DNA of 64,000 nt from Chthoniobacterales bacterium. Lineage in GTDB: Bacteria > Verrucomicrobiota > Verrucomicrobiia > Chthoniobacterales > UBA6821. The stretch is taken from positions 6,094-70,093 of the forward strand of contig JBIIGI010000004.1 of the NCBI GenBank assembly GCA_044236545.1, given 5' to 3'. A program made the position numbers and the translations under genes. Positions 28,163 to 36,314 of the stretch are shown here, one piece after another. The notes below the pieces were generated by a model. That model was not told where the DNA came from. It searched no databases and saw nothing but the letters and a program-made list of their open reading frames with translations. Each line of letters starts with the position of its first letter. Positions within the stretch are counted from its first letter, which is position 1.

Positions 28163-28406
28163 GGTTTAAACGTTAGAAGGGTTACAAGGGTCTGAGAGAA
28201 CCATCCTAATTTGGCACCTCGGGAAATGCTTTAGCGGCACACTCCCTCACGTTATTGTACCGAGTCTCCGTGTAGGGGCGATTTTGGATCCACGTTGAAA
28301 CGTTTTACCTTGGAACCTTTTTAACCGCTCTGGCCAGTTCCTATAGGCTTGGTCGAGCCTCCCCCCTCACGCTTTAACCTTTTAACCTTTTAACCTTTTT
28401 AACCAC
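28163..28406. repeat. family-1 hairpin element, copy A (arms built of GTTAAAAG/GTTACAAG words)
   Basis: Left arm ttagaagggttacaagg is ~14/17 complementary to right arm ccttggaacctttttaa (28310-28326). An extra (CCTTTTAA)n run lies at 28375-28404. Shares the internal ggatccacgttg box with copy B. Confidence 0.8.
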
Positions 28407-28413
28407 TCCTCCC

Positions 28414-28992
28414 TCACATCCTCGGTACCGTGATTCCACGCTGCTTCATGTACTTGCCACCACGGTCAGCATAGCTCGTCTCGCAGCTCTCGTTGGCCGC
28501 GAAAAAGACAACCTGAGCCAGGCCCTCGTTGGCGTAGATCTTCGCAGGGAGCGGGGTGGTATTGGAGATCTCGAGGGTGACATGACCCTCCCACTCGGGC
28601 TCGAATGGGGTGACGTTCACGATGATCCCGCAGCGGGCATAGGTTGACTTGCCGACGCAGATCGTGAGCACATTGCGCGGGATGCGGAAGTACTCCACGC
28701 TTCGAGCCAATGCGAACGAATTGGGAGGGACCACGCAGACATCGGTCTTGATATCGACGAAGGATTTCTCGTCGAACTCCTTCGGATCGACCATGGCGCA
28801 GTGAACATTGGTGAAGACCTTGAACTCATCAGCGACCCGCAGGTCGTAGCCGTAGCTCGAGAGGCCGTAACTGATCAGGCGGCGGTCATCGGAGGAACGG
28901 ACTTGGCGTTCGGTAAAGGGTTCGATCATCCCGTGGTCGAGGGACATTTGGCGGATCCAGCGGTCGGAGCAGACGGACATAGTGGGGGGCAT
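28414..28992 (-). CDS. dcd: dCTP deaminase
   Basis: 192 aa. YGYDLRV...[18 protein letters not shown]...[15 protein letters not shown] motifs typical of Dcd. Confidence 0.9.
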   Translation of the reverse strand: MPPTMSVCSDRWIRQMSLDHGMIEPFTERQVRSSDDRRLISYGLSSYGYDLRVADEFKVFTNVHCAMVDPKEFDEKSFVDIKTDVCVVPPNSFALARSVEYFRIPRNVLTICVGKSTYARCGIIVNVTPFEPEWEGHVTLEISNTTPLPAKIYANEGLAQVVFFAANESCETSYADRGGKYMKQRGITVPRM

Positions 28993-29046
28993 TTAAGCGA
29001 ATCATCCCGAAGCCGTCATCGGAAAAGATGCAATGGGGAGAATTTG

Positions 29047-29182
29047 AATATGGAACTCAGGAAAGCAGGAAAGGATCCCGCAGAGCCCATGCCATTCTCC
29101 TGGGATGGCCCTCGGATTTTCCTCCTTGGTTCAAAACCTCGGCTTGTCTCATTCATTTTCCTGATTTCCTGAGTTCCATATT
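29047..29182. repeat. family-2 hairpin element, copy 1 (GGAACTCAGGAAAGCAGGAAA / TTTCCTGATTTCCTGAGTTCC arms)
   Basis: Arms at 29047-29074 and 29156-29182 are inverted repeats (~25/27) around an ~80-nt loop. Confidence 0.85.
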
Positions 29183-29240
29183 ATTTTCTCTGTCAGCCCT
29201 CATCCTCACGGAAAACAGCAAGGATCCATGTTTCTTTCCT

Positions 29241-29264
29241 TTCCTGATTTCCTGATTTCCTGAT
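29241..29264. repeat. tandem 8-mer (TTCCTGAT)x3
   Basis: Three perfect units read directly. Uses the same word as the family-2 pyrimidine arm. Confidence 0.85.
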
Positions 29265-29321
29265 TCGATAGTCCGTCTTCTGTTCCTGATAGGAAAAGGA
29301 AGGTCCACACTTCTCTCTCTC

Positions 29322-30617
29322 ATGCTCAATTACCTTTGGCTTGGCCTGATTCTCTGCGGCGTTGTTCTCGGGGTGATCACGGGCCGCACCGAGGCCGTCA
29401 CTTCGGCGACCTTCGATGCGGCCAAGGCCTCCCTGATGTCAATCGCCCTCCCCTTGGGGGCCGTGATGGCCCTCTGGCTCGGGATCATGCGCCTCGCCGA
29501 GAAATCGGGAGCTGTCGAGCGACTCTCCGGACTCCTCCGCCCCCTGCTCACCCGTCTCTTCCCAGACGTGCCGGCAGACCATCCGGCCATGGGGGCCATG
29601 GTGATGAACATCGCCGCCAACATGCTCGGACTCGGGAATGCCGCAACTCCTCTCGGCCTACGGGCCATGCAGGGACTGGAATCGCTCAATCCGCGCCCCG
29701 GGACAGCCACCAACGCGATGTGCACCTTCCTCGCAATCAACACGAGTTCCGTACAACTCATTCCCGCAACCGCTGTCGGAATCCTCGCTGCGGCGGGAGC
29801 CACCCATCCCACCTCGATCATCGGGACGGCACTCGTGGCCACGACTTGTTCCTTCATGACCGGCATCATCTCGGTGAAACTCCTGCAGAGGCTCCCGATG
29901 TTTGCACTCCCTCCGACTCCCTCCCCCGCTCTTGCCAAGGAGGAAGAAACAGCGGATATCCCGGCCACTCTAGCACTTCCTCCCCTCACCTTGTGGAGAA
30001 AACTTTTCCTCGCGGCCTATGTCGCCCTCTTTGCCGGAACGGTCTGGCATCTTGTCATCTCAAGATCCGTCGGGACATCACTGCCGATCTCCGTCATCCA
30101 ATCCCTCTCCCTTGTGGCGATTCCCTTCCTGATCGGCTTCTTCCCCCTCTACGGAGCGCTCCGCGGCGTGGCCGTCTATGAGGAGTTCATCGAGGGTGCC
30201 AAGGAGGGGATCCAGGTCGCCCTGAGGATATTCCCGTACCTCGTCGCGATCCTCGTGGCCGTGGGAATCTTCCGCGCCGCCGGCGGCATCGATCTCCTGA
30301 CCCGCATGCTGGCTCCCCTGCTCGACCTGATCGGCCTTCCCGCGCAGGTCCTGCCTCTCGTTCTCGTCCGCCCCCTGAGCGGCAGTGCGGCCACGGGCCT
30401 CTTTGCCGAAATCGTGAAGGCCTGTGGACCCGATAGCTATGCTGCCCAACTGGCCGGCACCATCCTCGGCGGTACCGAGACCACCCTCTACGTGCTGGCC
30501 GTCTACTTCGGCTCGGTTGCGATCCGTCGCGGCCGCCATGCCCTCGCGGCTGGCCTGCTTGCCGATGCCGCCGGAGTCGCCGCCTCTCTGGTGATATGCC
30601 GCTTGGTGTTCCGGTAA
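29322..30617 (+). CDS. fused SpmA/SpmB-like nucleoside-recognition (Gate) domain membrane protein
   Basis: 431 aa, polytopic. N-terminal MLNYLWLGLIL...AVTSATFDAAK and GLGNAATPLGL motifs are typical of spore-maturation-protein-A/B-like transporters. Confidence 0.7.
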   Translation: MLNYLWLGLILCGVVLGVITGRTEAVTSATFDAAKASLMSIALPLGAVMALWLGIMRLAEKSGAVERLSGLLRPLLTRLFPDVPADHPAMGAMVMNIAANMLGLGNAATPLGLRAMQGLESLNPRPGTATNAMCTFLAINTSSVQLIPATAVGILAAAGATHPTSIIGTALVATTCSFMTGIISVKLLQRLPMFALPPTPSPALAKEEETADIPATLALPPLTLWRKLFLAAYVALFAGTVWHLVISRSVGTSLPISVIQSLSLVAIPFLIGFFPLYGALRGVAVYEEFIEGAKEGIQVALRIFPYLVAILVAVGIFRAAGGIDLLTRMLAPLLDLIGLPAQVLPLVLVRPLSGSAATGLFAEIVKACGPDSYAAQLAGTILGGTETTLYVLAVYFGSVAIRRGRHALAAGLLADAAGVAASLVICRLVFR

Positions 30618-30642
30618 GAAAGAGAAACTGCAGGGTTTTAAT

Positions 30643-30670
30643 CTGGAACTCAGGAAAGCAGGAAAAATCC
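30643..30670. repeat. family-2 purine arm, copy 2
   Basis: ctggaactcaggaaagcaggaaaaatcc is complementary to 29156-29181 (one mismatch in ~23 nt by eye). A possible degenerate partner arm lies at 30817-30850. Confidence 0.75.
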
Positions 30671-30874
30671 GTGGGAATAAACGCGGAAGACTGGGAGCGA
30701 GGCAACCAGCCCAGTGGGTCATTGGGCCACAAAATGGACATGAGGCACAGAGGGCGGGTCGCTTTGCCTTGATTCCGATTCAGGCTCTTTGAAACAGCAG
30801 CGACTGCAGCAGATAGGAATCTGATCCTGAATACCTGACTCTAGGAATGGAACGGTAACTCAAGCATCTAAAGA

Positions 30875-31306
30875 TCAACCCTTGAGAAGCTCAAAATGCT
30901 TCAGGCCGAAGGCCCTGAACCCGGAGTCAAAGGAGGTCAGGCCAATATCGGCCGACTCAGCCAAGGAGGCGATCCATGCATCGGTCCAGAGATTCGGAGT
31001 GGATTCCCTCCCATGAACGGAGCGACGGAAGGAGAGTTCATGAGCCCTCCACTGTTCAGGAATCCAAAACGTCCTCGGATCCTCCTCGAATCGGTCCCAC
31101 GCCTCCAAGGCTTCGGACGGCGTGATAGGCGTACCTTCCATCACCCGAGCGTTGGTCAGAAGCCTAAGGACTCCCAACCTCACCGGCAGGCAAAGCCCCA
31201 CCGACTCCTCCTCGCGCTTCTTCCACCACTTCCAGGCAACGCCATGGTGAACATGGCGCTCGACCAGAAGCGCGAAGACCACATTGACATCAACCAGCGA
31301 GGTCAT
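30875..31306 (-). CDS. vapC: PIN-domain ribonuclease toxin VapC
   Basis: 143 aa. N-terminal LVDVNVVFAL acidic PIN motif and C-terminal D..F motif. Overlaps the upstream antitoxin gene by 4 nt. Confidence 0.8.
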   Translation of the reverse strand: MTSLVDVNVVFALLVERHVHHGVAWKWWKKREEESVGLCLPVRLGVLRLLTNARVMEGTPITPSEALEAWDRFEEDPRTFWIPEQWRAHELSFRRSVHGRESTPNLWTDAWIASLAESADIGLTSFDSGFRAFGLKHFELLKG

Positions 31307-31551
31307 CGGGCTTTGGAAAACTCATCCTCGGCCAGGATCTCCTCGAGTTCCTTATTGGTCCTTGCCGGGATCCTGCGACCAGCCCCTCCGGAAACTGGTG
31401 GCTTATCCATCCTCTTGGGACCCTTGACGGGAGACTTGAGCGCCCTGTCCAAGGCCTCCGTAAAGAGTTCCTTCAAAGTCATTCCCCTCTCATGCGCCGC
31501 AGCCCGGGCGCTTCGGAAGAGAGGGTCCGGAAGTTCGATCGTCGTACGCAT
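31303..31551 (-). CDS. vapB: type II antitoxin (VapB-like)
   Basis: 82 aa from ATG 31551 (MRTTIELPDPLFRSARAAAHERGMTLKELFTEAL). The ORF track extends to 31749, but the N-terminal extension looks non-coding. Confidence 0.75.
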   Translation of the reverse strand: MRTTIELPDPLFRSARAAAHERGMTLKELFTEALDRALKSPVKGPKRMDKPPVSGGAGRRIPARTNKELEEILAEDEFSKAR

Positions 31552-31781
31552 ACACAAATATGCGCATATTTGGTCCAAGCTGTCAAACCTGCGGGATTTC
31601 GGAACCGGTAGGATTGTGGATGGAATTGGTTGCCATGGCCGTTGCTGCGCAGCTGTTTGAATAAGAACTTGATCAATGAAGAAGCCAATGCAGGTGGATT
31701 TGCCACAGAATGCACAAGAGGCACAGGGATCGTAACCGTTGGGAAGCAACTTCGGGCCAGTAGCATTGTTGGGCTCGTCAC

Positions 31782-31979
31782 TTGAAGGACGATCAGTTAC
31801 ATCTTCCCTACACTATGCCACTCCAAACGAAAGCACGACAGTTTGCCAAGTCCGGGCTGTTTGCCAGGGTGAAGTCTTTTGAGGATCTGGAGAAGCGAAT
31901 TGCTGCGATTCTTCCGAACCACGGGCGCTCGGCCTCGACACGGAGTTCATCATTTCGGACACGGCTACCTTTTTTGTGA
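31782..31979 (+). pseudogene. remnant of the 5' end of a helicase/restriction-type gene
   Basis: MPLQTKARQFAKSGLFARVKSFEDLEKRIAA resembles the N-terminus remembered for DEAD/DEAH (type III res-like) helicases (..SFaELEaRIaaLP..). Similarity ends near 31915 and no helicase body follows. Confidence 0.4.
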
Positions 31980-32839
31980 ACGCTGCCTTCGGCATCGCCC
32001 CTCTGTTCGCAATGAACATTCCCAACGGAGGCCCACAGTGTCCGATGGCGACACCCGGCGTCAGGCTGGCTCTCGAGCCTCTCCCTTGGCTCACGCTTCT
32101 CAGTGCCATTTCTCAGGCAAACCCCTTCCAGCAGCAGGTCAATCAATACAGTTTCAATTGGAACTTCGGCCCAGCGGGAGGACTTCTCTCAATTAATGAA
32201 CTTCAGGCATCCTGGAACAAATCTCCCTCCGAGCGGGGGCTTTCCGGTACTGCCAAGGCAGGTTTCTGGATCCAATCAGGCGCATCAGCCCAGGAATCTA
32301 GTCTGGATCAGTTTGCCTTTGCGCCACCCAACGCGAGTGCCTACAACTCCGGATTTTATGGTATCATTGATCAGGAGCTTTACCGACCCAGAGACAAAAT
32401 CTCATCGTGCACTGTTGCCGAAAGCAATGCATCGCAAAAGCGTGACAGGAATTACATTCAGACTCAGGGCGTATCCCCCAATGCCTCCTTCATTCGAGGA
32501 CTTTCATCTTTCTTTCGGGTTGGTTTTTCACCACAGGCAGACGCGCCGGTCTCCTTATACTCTGATGCGGGACTGGTCTACACGGGCCTGATACCTACTC
32601 GCGATAAAGACAGGCTCGGTTTGTCATTCGGTTATGCCAAAGTGGGTTCACAGCAAGTCCAGAATGCCAGTGAAACTGGATTTCGTGCCACCTTTGAGGC
32701 GGTGGGAGAACTCTCCTATGCATTCAGGTTCCATTCTGTCTCGATCCAACCTGACATCCAGTACATCATCCATCCTGGCGGCACCCAAGAGTACTCAAAT
32801 GCCTTGGTGGTGGGTGCACGTGTGGTTGTTGTTTTCTAG
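31883..32839 (+). pseudogene. carbohydrate-selective porin (OprB family), 5'-truncated fragment
   Basis: The C-terminus IQPDIQYIIHPGG...ALVVGARVVVVF matches the OprB-family ending. There is no signal peptide or N-terminal half. The reading frame opens only at 31883, inside the upstream remnant. Confidence 0.6.
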
Positions 32840-32968
32840 GAGTAAGAGCCCCCCTAAAGGTTCAAGGCTCGCAAGCTTGGATGGAGAACAAGGCGGCGAA
32901 GGGAAGCCGTAGTAATCCTACGGCGACCGCAGGCCAACACAGTTATCCGCCGAGATCGCGAGTCTCCT

Positions 32969-33388
32969 TCAAACACCAAGGAGGCTGACGGAGACAGTCC
33001 TCCTGTGCGGTGAGTTGCGGTGCTCAAAAAGGTATACCCCCTGCCAAGTTCCAAGCTGAAGCCTGCCGTTGGCGACGGGGATGCTCTCGCTCGTGCGGGT
33101 GAGCACCATCCGCAGATGACTTGTGGAATCATCAGGCCCCTCGGCGGTGTGGATCAGGTCGGGGTTATCCTCGGGAACGAGATCCTCGAAGAATCGATGC
33201 AGGTCCGCGCGGGCAGTTGGATCGGCATTCTCGTAGATCACAAGACTGGCGCTGGTGTGCTGGAGAAAGACGGTGGCGAGACCGGTCGTGATGCCACTGC
33301 GCTTGAGAAGCGAGGCGACCTCGCCGGTGATCTCGTAGGTCCCCTTCCCCCGTGTGGGCACCTGAAAGCTCTCGGTGACAGCGATCAT
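32969..33388 (-). CDS. YjbQ/UPF0047 family secondary thiamine-phosphate synthase-like protein
   Basis: 139 aa from ATG 33388. GLATVFLQHTSASLVIYENADP...HLRMVL...GTWQGVYLFEHR motifs. ATGA overlap with the DUF423 stop. Confidence 0.85.
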   Translation of the reverse strand: MIAVTESFQVPTRGKGTYEITGEVASLLKRSGITTGLATVFLQHTSASLVIYENADPTARADLHRFFEDLVPEDNPDLIHTAEGPDDSTSHLRMVLTRTSESIPVANGRLQLGTWQGVYLFEHRNSPHRRTVSVSLLGV

Positions 33389-33750
33389 GATTCGGAGCGA
33401 AATGAAGCAACTCCTATCAGCAACCAACCGGCCATGAGCAGCAGGCCGCCAATGGGGGTGATGGCTCCGAGCCAGCTGATCTTGGTCAGAGCCATGGCGT
33501 AGAGGCTTCCCGAGAAGAGGAGGATGCCCGAGGTCACGCAGAGAAAGGGAGCGGCAGCGACAACGGTGCCCCTGGCCAACCAGAGGAGCACGGGTGCATG
33601 CACCAGATGGTAGAGCACGGCCGTATTCCAGAGATCACGACCATGGTTCGCTTCCAGCACACCCTTCAGGGCATGTGCACCGAAGGCTCCCAGAGCGATG
33701 CCAAGAAAACCGGTCGCACCGGCCACCATAAGTGCGGCGCGACGGTTCAT
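33385..33750 (-). CDS. DUF423 (YgdD-like) membrane protein
   Basis: 121 aa, 4 TM. GAFGAH...YHLVHA...LFSGSLY motifs. Confidence 0.8.
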   Translation of the reverse strand: MNRRAALMVAGATGFLGIALGAFGAHALKGVLEANHGRDLWNTAVLYHLVHAPVLLWLARGTVVAAAPFLCVTSGILLFSGSLYAMALTKISWLGAITPIGGLLLMAGWLLIGVASFRSES

Positions 33751-33765
33751 GGATCGCCTGTGGGG

Positions 33766-35106
33766 TTACTTCGCCGCGACCTCGAACTCCTCGGGGAACT
33801 TCTGAAGAAAGCTCTGAACGGGCCAGGAGGCCGCCTCGCCGAAGGCGCAGACTGTGCGACCGGCGATGTTATCGGCGACGTTCTTCAGTGTCTTGGGATC
33901 CTGTTCGGTCCCCTCACCGTTCACCATGCGGGTGGTCATCTTGTCGATCCAGAGAACACCTTCACGGCACGGCGTGCACTGGCCGCAGCTCTCGTGGGCA
34001 TAGAACTGGTTCAGGTTGTTGAGGGCCCAAAGCATGTCGCGGGAGTCATCCATGACGATGACACCGCCGCTACCGACCATGGTTCCGGCCGCTGCCAGCG
34101 AGGAAGCGTCCATCACGAGATCGAGGAGGGGCACCTCCTTGTCGACCATCTGGCCATCCTCGACCTTGACCTTCATCTTGAAGACTTCACCGGCGCGAAG
34201 GATCTTGGAGGAGCTTCCTCCGGGAATGATCGCCTTGAGCTTGCGGCCGGGCTTCATGCCACCGCAAACATCATTGATGAGTTCGCCAAGGGTGACACCG
34301 CCGGCGGGAATCTCGTAGGGCCCGGGACGGACCACGTCGCCGGAGACGCACATGACACGGGTACCACCGTCGCCGGGGGTGCCCATCTTGGCGTATTCGT
34401 CGGAGCCGATCTTTAAGATCTGCTTCACGTGACAGAAGGTCTCCACGTTGTTCACGATCGTGGGCGACATGTAGAGACCGAGGACGGCGGGGAAATAGGG
34501 GGGCTTGATGCGGGGATAGGGACGCTTTCCCTCCAGCGACTCAATGAGGCTGGTCTCCTCGCCGCAAATGTAGGCGCCGGCACCTTGATGGACGAACATG
34601 TCGACGTCGAATCCGCTTCCCATGATGTTCTTGCCGAGAAACCCCTTCTCGCGGGCCTCCTTGAGGGCCTGGGTCATGATTTGCGCGGCCTTGGGGAACT
34701 CGCAGCGGATGTAGATGTAGGCGAGATTGACGTTCAGCGCGAAGGCCGCGATGGCCATTCCCTCGATGAGCTGGTGCGGATCGTTATGAAGGATGTAGCG
34801 GTCCTTGAAGGTGCCGGGCTCGGACTCATCGCCGTTGCAGGTGATGTAGTGAGGCTTGCCGTCATCGCGGCGGATGAAGCCCCACTTCACGCCGCAGGGG
34901 AAGCCAGCACCGCCGCGGCCGCGGAGGTTGGCCTTCTTCACCTCGTCGATGATCTCCTCAGGCTTCATGCCGAGGGCCTTCTTCAGCTCGGCGTAGCCGC
35001 CGTGCTTGATGTAGCAGTCGATGTCAGGTGTGTAGCCCTGGGTCCAGGCGTTCTGGAAAACGATGCGGCGCTCCTTAGGATGAGGAGGCAGGAGAAGGGA
35101 TTTCAT
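33766..35106 (-). CDS. nuoF: NADH-quinone oxidoreductase subunit F
   Basis: 446 aa. GRGGAGFPCGVKW FMN/NADH motif and C-terminal ESCGQCTPCREG 4Fe-4S motif. Confidence 0.95.
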   Translation of the reverse strand: MKSLLLPPHPKERRIVFQNAWTQGYTPDIDCYIKHGGYAELKKALGMKPEEIIDEVKKANLRGRGGAGFPCGVKWGFIRRDDGKPHYITCNGDESEPGTFKDRYILHNDPHQLIEGMAIAAFALNVNLAYIYIRCEFPKAAQIMTQALKEAREKGFLGKNIMGSGFDVDMFVHQGAGAYICGEETSLIESLEGKRPYPRIKPPYFPAVLGLYMSPTIVNNVETFCHVKQILKIGSDEYAKMGTPGDGGTRVMCVSGDVVRPGPYEIPAGGVTLGELINDVCGGMKPGRKLKAIIPGGSSSKILRAGEVFKMKVKVEDGQMVDKEVPLLDLVMDASSLAAAGTMVGSGGVIVMDDSRDMLWALNNLNQFYAHESCGQCTPCREGVLWIDKMTTRMVNGEGTEQDPKTLKNVADNIAGRTVCAFGEAASWPVQSFLQKFPEEFEVAAK

Positions 35107-35142
35107 GGCGTTTGTCCGGTGTTGGGATCCTTTGCGTGGGGA

Positions 35143-35736
35143 TCAGTTGTACTGACTCAGGATTTTGGCCGTACAGGCCTCGGTGATGTCCTCGTGCAGG
35201 TCGTCATTGACGAGTGCGACGGGTGCGGAACCGCAACTGGCAAGACACTCAACGAACTCGACGCTGAACTTGCCATCTGCGCTGACCGGAGGGGTGTGGC
35301 CGTGCGTCGGGGCCTTGGGGTCGATCCCGGCGGCCTTGCAGAAGGAATCGCGCACCTCGTAGCTGCCGGCCAGGGCGCAAGAGAGGGTGCGGCAGACACG
35401 GACGCTGATACGGCCCGCCTTCTCCTGTCGGAACCATGGGTAGAAGGTGACAAGTTCGAGGATGTTGATCGGCTCGAGGTCGAGGCGCTTCGCGATCCAA
35501 TCAACCCCGCTGTCGTCGATGAATCCGAAATGGTTCTGCCAGAGATGGAGAAGAGGGAGCGAGGCGCTCCTCTTGGAGACGGGATAGTGGGTCACCGCCT
35601 CGTCGATCTTGGCCAGAAGGTCCGCTGGGATCTGGTCGGCCTGACGGGGACCGGTGGTAGTTGCGGCGTGAGTGTCCATGAAGCTTTTCAAGAAATCAAA
35701 TTCCCCGGCAATCGGAAAGAAGGAAATGGCCTGCAT
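35143..35736 (-). CDS. nuoE: NADH-quinone oxidoreductase subunit E
   Basis: 197 aa. 2Fe-2S Cys pattern (VCRTLSCAL...ECLASCGSAP). Confidence 0.9.
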   Translation of the reverse strand: MQAISFFPIAGEFDFLKSFMDTHAATTTGPRQADQIPADLLAKIDEAVTHYPVSKRSASLPLLHLWQNHFGFIDDSGVDWIAKRLDLEPINILELVTFYPWFRQEKAGRISVRVCRTLSCALAGSYEVRDSFCKAAGIDPKAPTHGHTPPVSADGKFSVEFVECLASCGSAPVALVNDDLHEDITEACTAKILSQYN

Positions 35737-35787
35737 GATCCACTAAGGAACCGGGGATGCTCGTGCCAAGCCGCCTTGCCCACGGCC

Positions 35788-36142
35788 AATTGCTTGCCCG
35801 GTCGTTGCTTCGCATCCGCTACGGCTTCCAGCAACGGCCTCTATGCGATTTAACCCGGATTGCGCAATAGAGCGGTGTTGACAGGTTTGAGCGGCTCACC
35901 CGGATGGTGAGTCCCTGGAAGGGTTAAAAGCGTTACACCGTTAAAAGGTTACAAGGGGCTGAAGTCCGAGGCCGAATGGAACTCATGCAGGCATCTTTTG
36001 ACGACGCTTTCCCTGACATTCCCCTCCCGAATCTCGTGTCAGGGATCTCCCGGATCCACGTTGTAACATTTTCACTTTTTAACTCTTTTAACGCGGCCTC
36101 CCATGATCTCAGCAATTCCCACTGCAAATTCTGGGTTTAATC
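35788..36142. repeat. composite repeat block B: family-3 module + X module + family-1 hairpin + Y module
   Basis: F3 at 35788-35842 is 51/55 identical to the reverse complement of 55847-55901. X at 35843-35920 resembles 55194-55266. F1 at 35921-36095. Y at 36114-36142 resembles 55807-55842. Confidence 0.8.
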
Positions 36143-36222
36143 AGCGATTCCCTAAAGAGCACCACTCAAGACTTTTTCATTGAAGAGCTGCGACACGTGT
36201 GTTTTTCTCTTCAGCCCATTGT

Positions 36223-36297
36223 TCCAGCGTAGCTCAGTGGTAGAGCGGTCGGCTGTTAACCGATTGGTCGTAGGTTCAAATCCTACCGCTGGAGCCA
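36223..36297 (+). tRNA. tRNA-Asn (anticodon GUU), CCA encoded
   Basis: Manual cloverleaf. Acceptor tccagcg/cgctgga, D arm gctc-agtggta-gagc, anticodon arm gtcgg-ctGTTaa-ccgat. T arm gtagg-ttcaaat-cctac, discriminator g, then cca. Confidence 0.9.
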
Positions 36298-36314
36298 ATC
36301 CGCCGGGACCCTGG

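Noticed and set aside
28209-28228. TGGCAC in family-1 copy A as a sigma-54 (-24) element, given rpoN in the window.
   Set aside because: No TTGC at the required 5-nt spacing, and the motif is not conserved in the other family-1 copies.
32880-32930. Hairpin gccgtag-taatc-ctacggc in the porin-yjbQ spacer as a group II intron domain V/VI remnant.
   Set aside because: The stem is only 6-7 bp. It lacks the conserved AGC triad, the bulge and the GNRA loop of domain V. No intron-encoded ORF or 5' GUGYG is nearby.
34429-35853. 474-aa plus-strand ORF.
   Set aside because: Antisense to nuoF and nuoE, both of which carry canonical cofactor motifs.
35868-35905. TTGACA within the X module as a -35 box of a mobile promoter.
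   Set aside because: No acceptable -10 at 16-18 nt. The hexamer is not conserved in the X copies at 43.4 kb and 55.2 kb.
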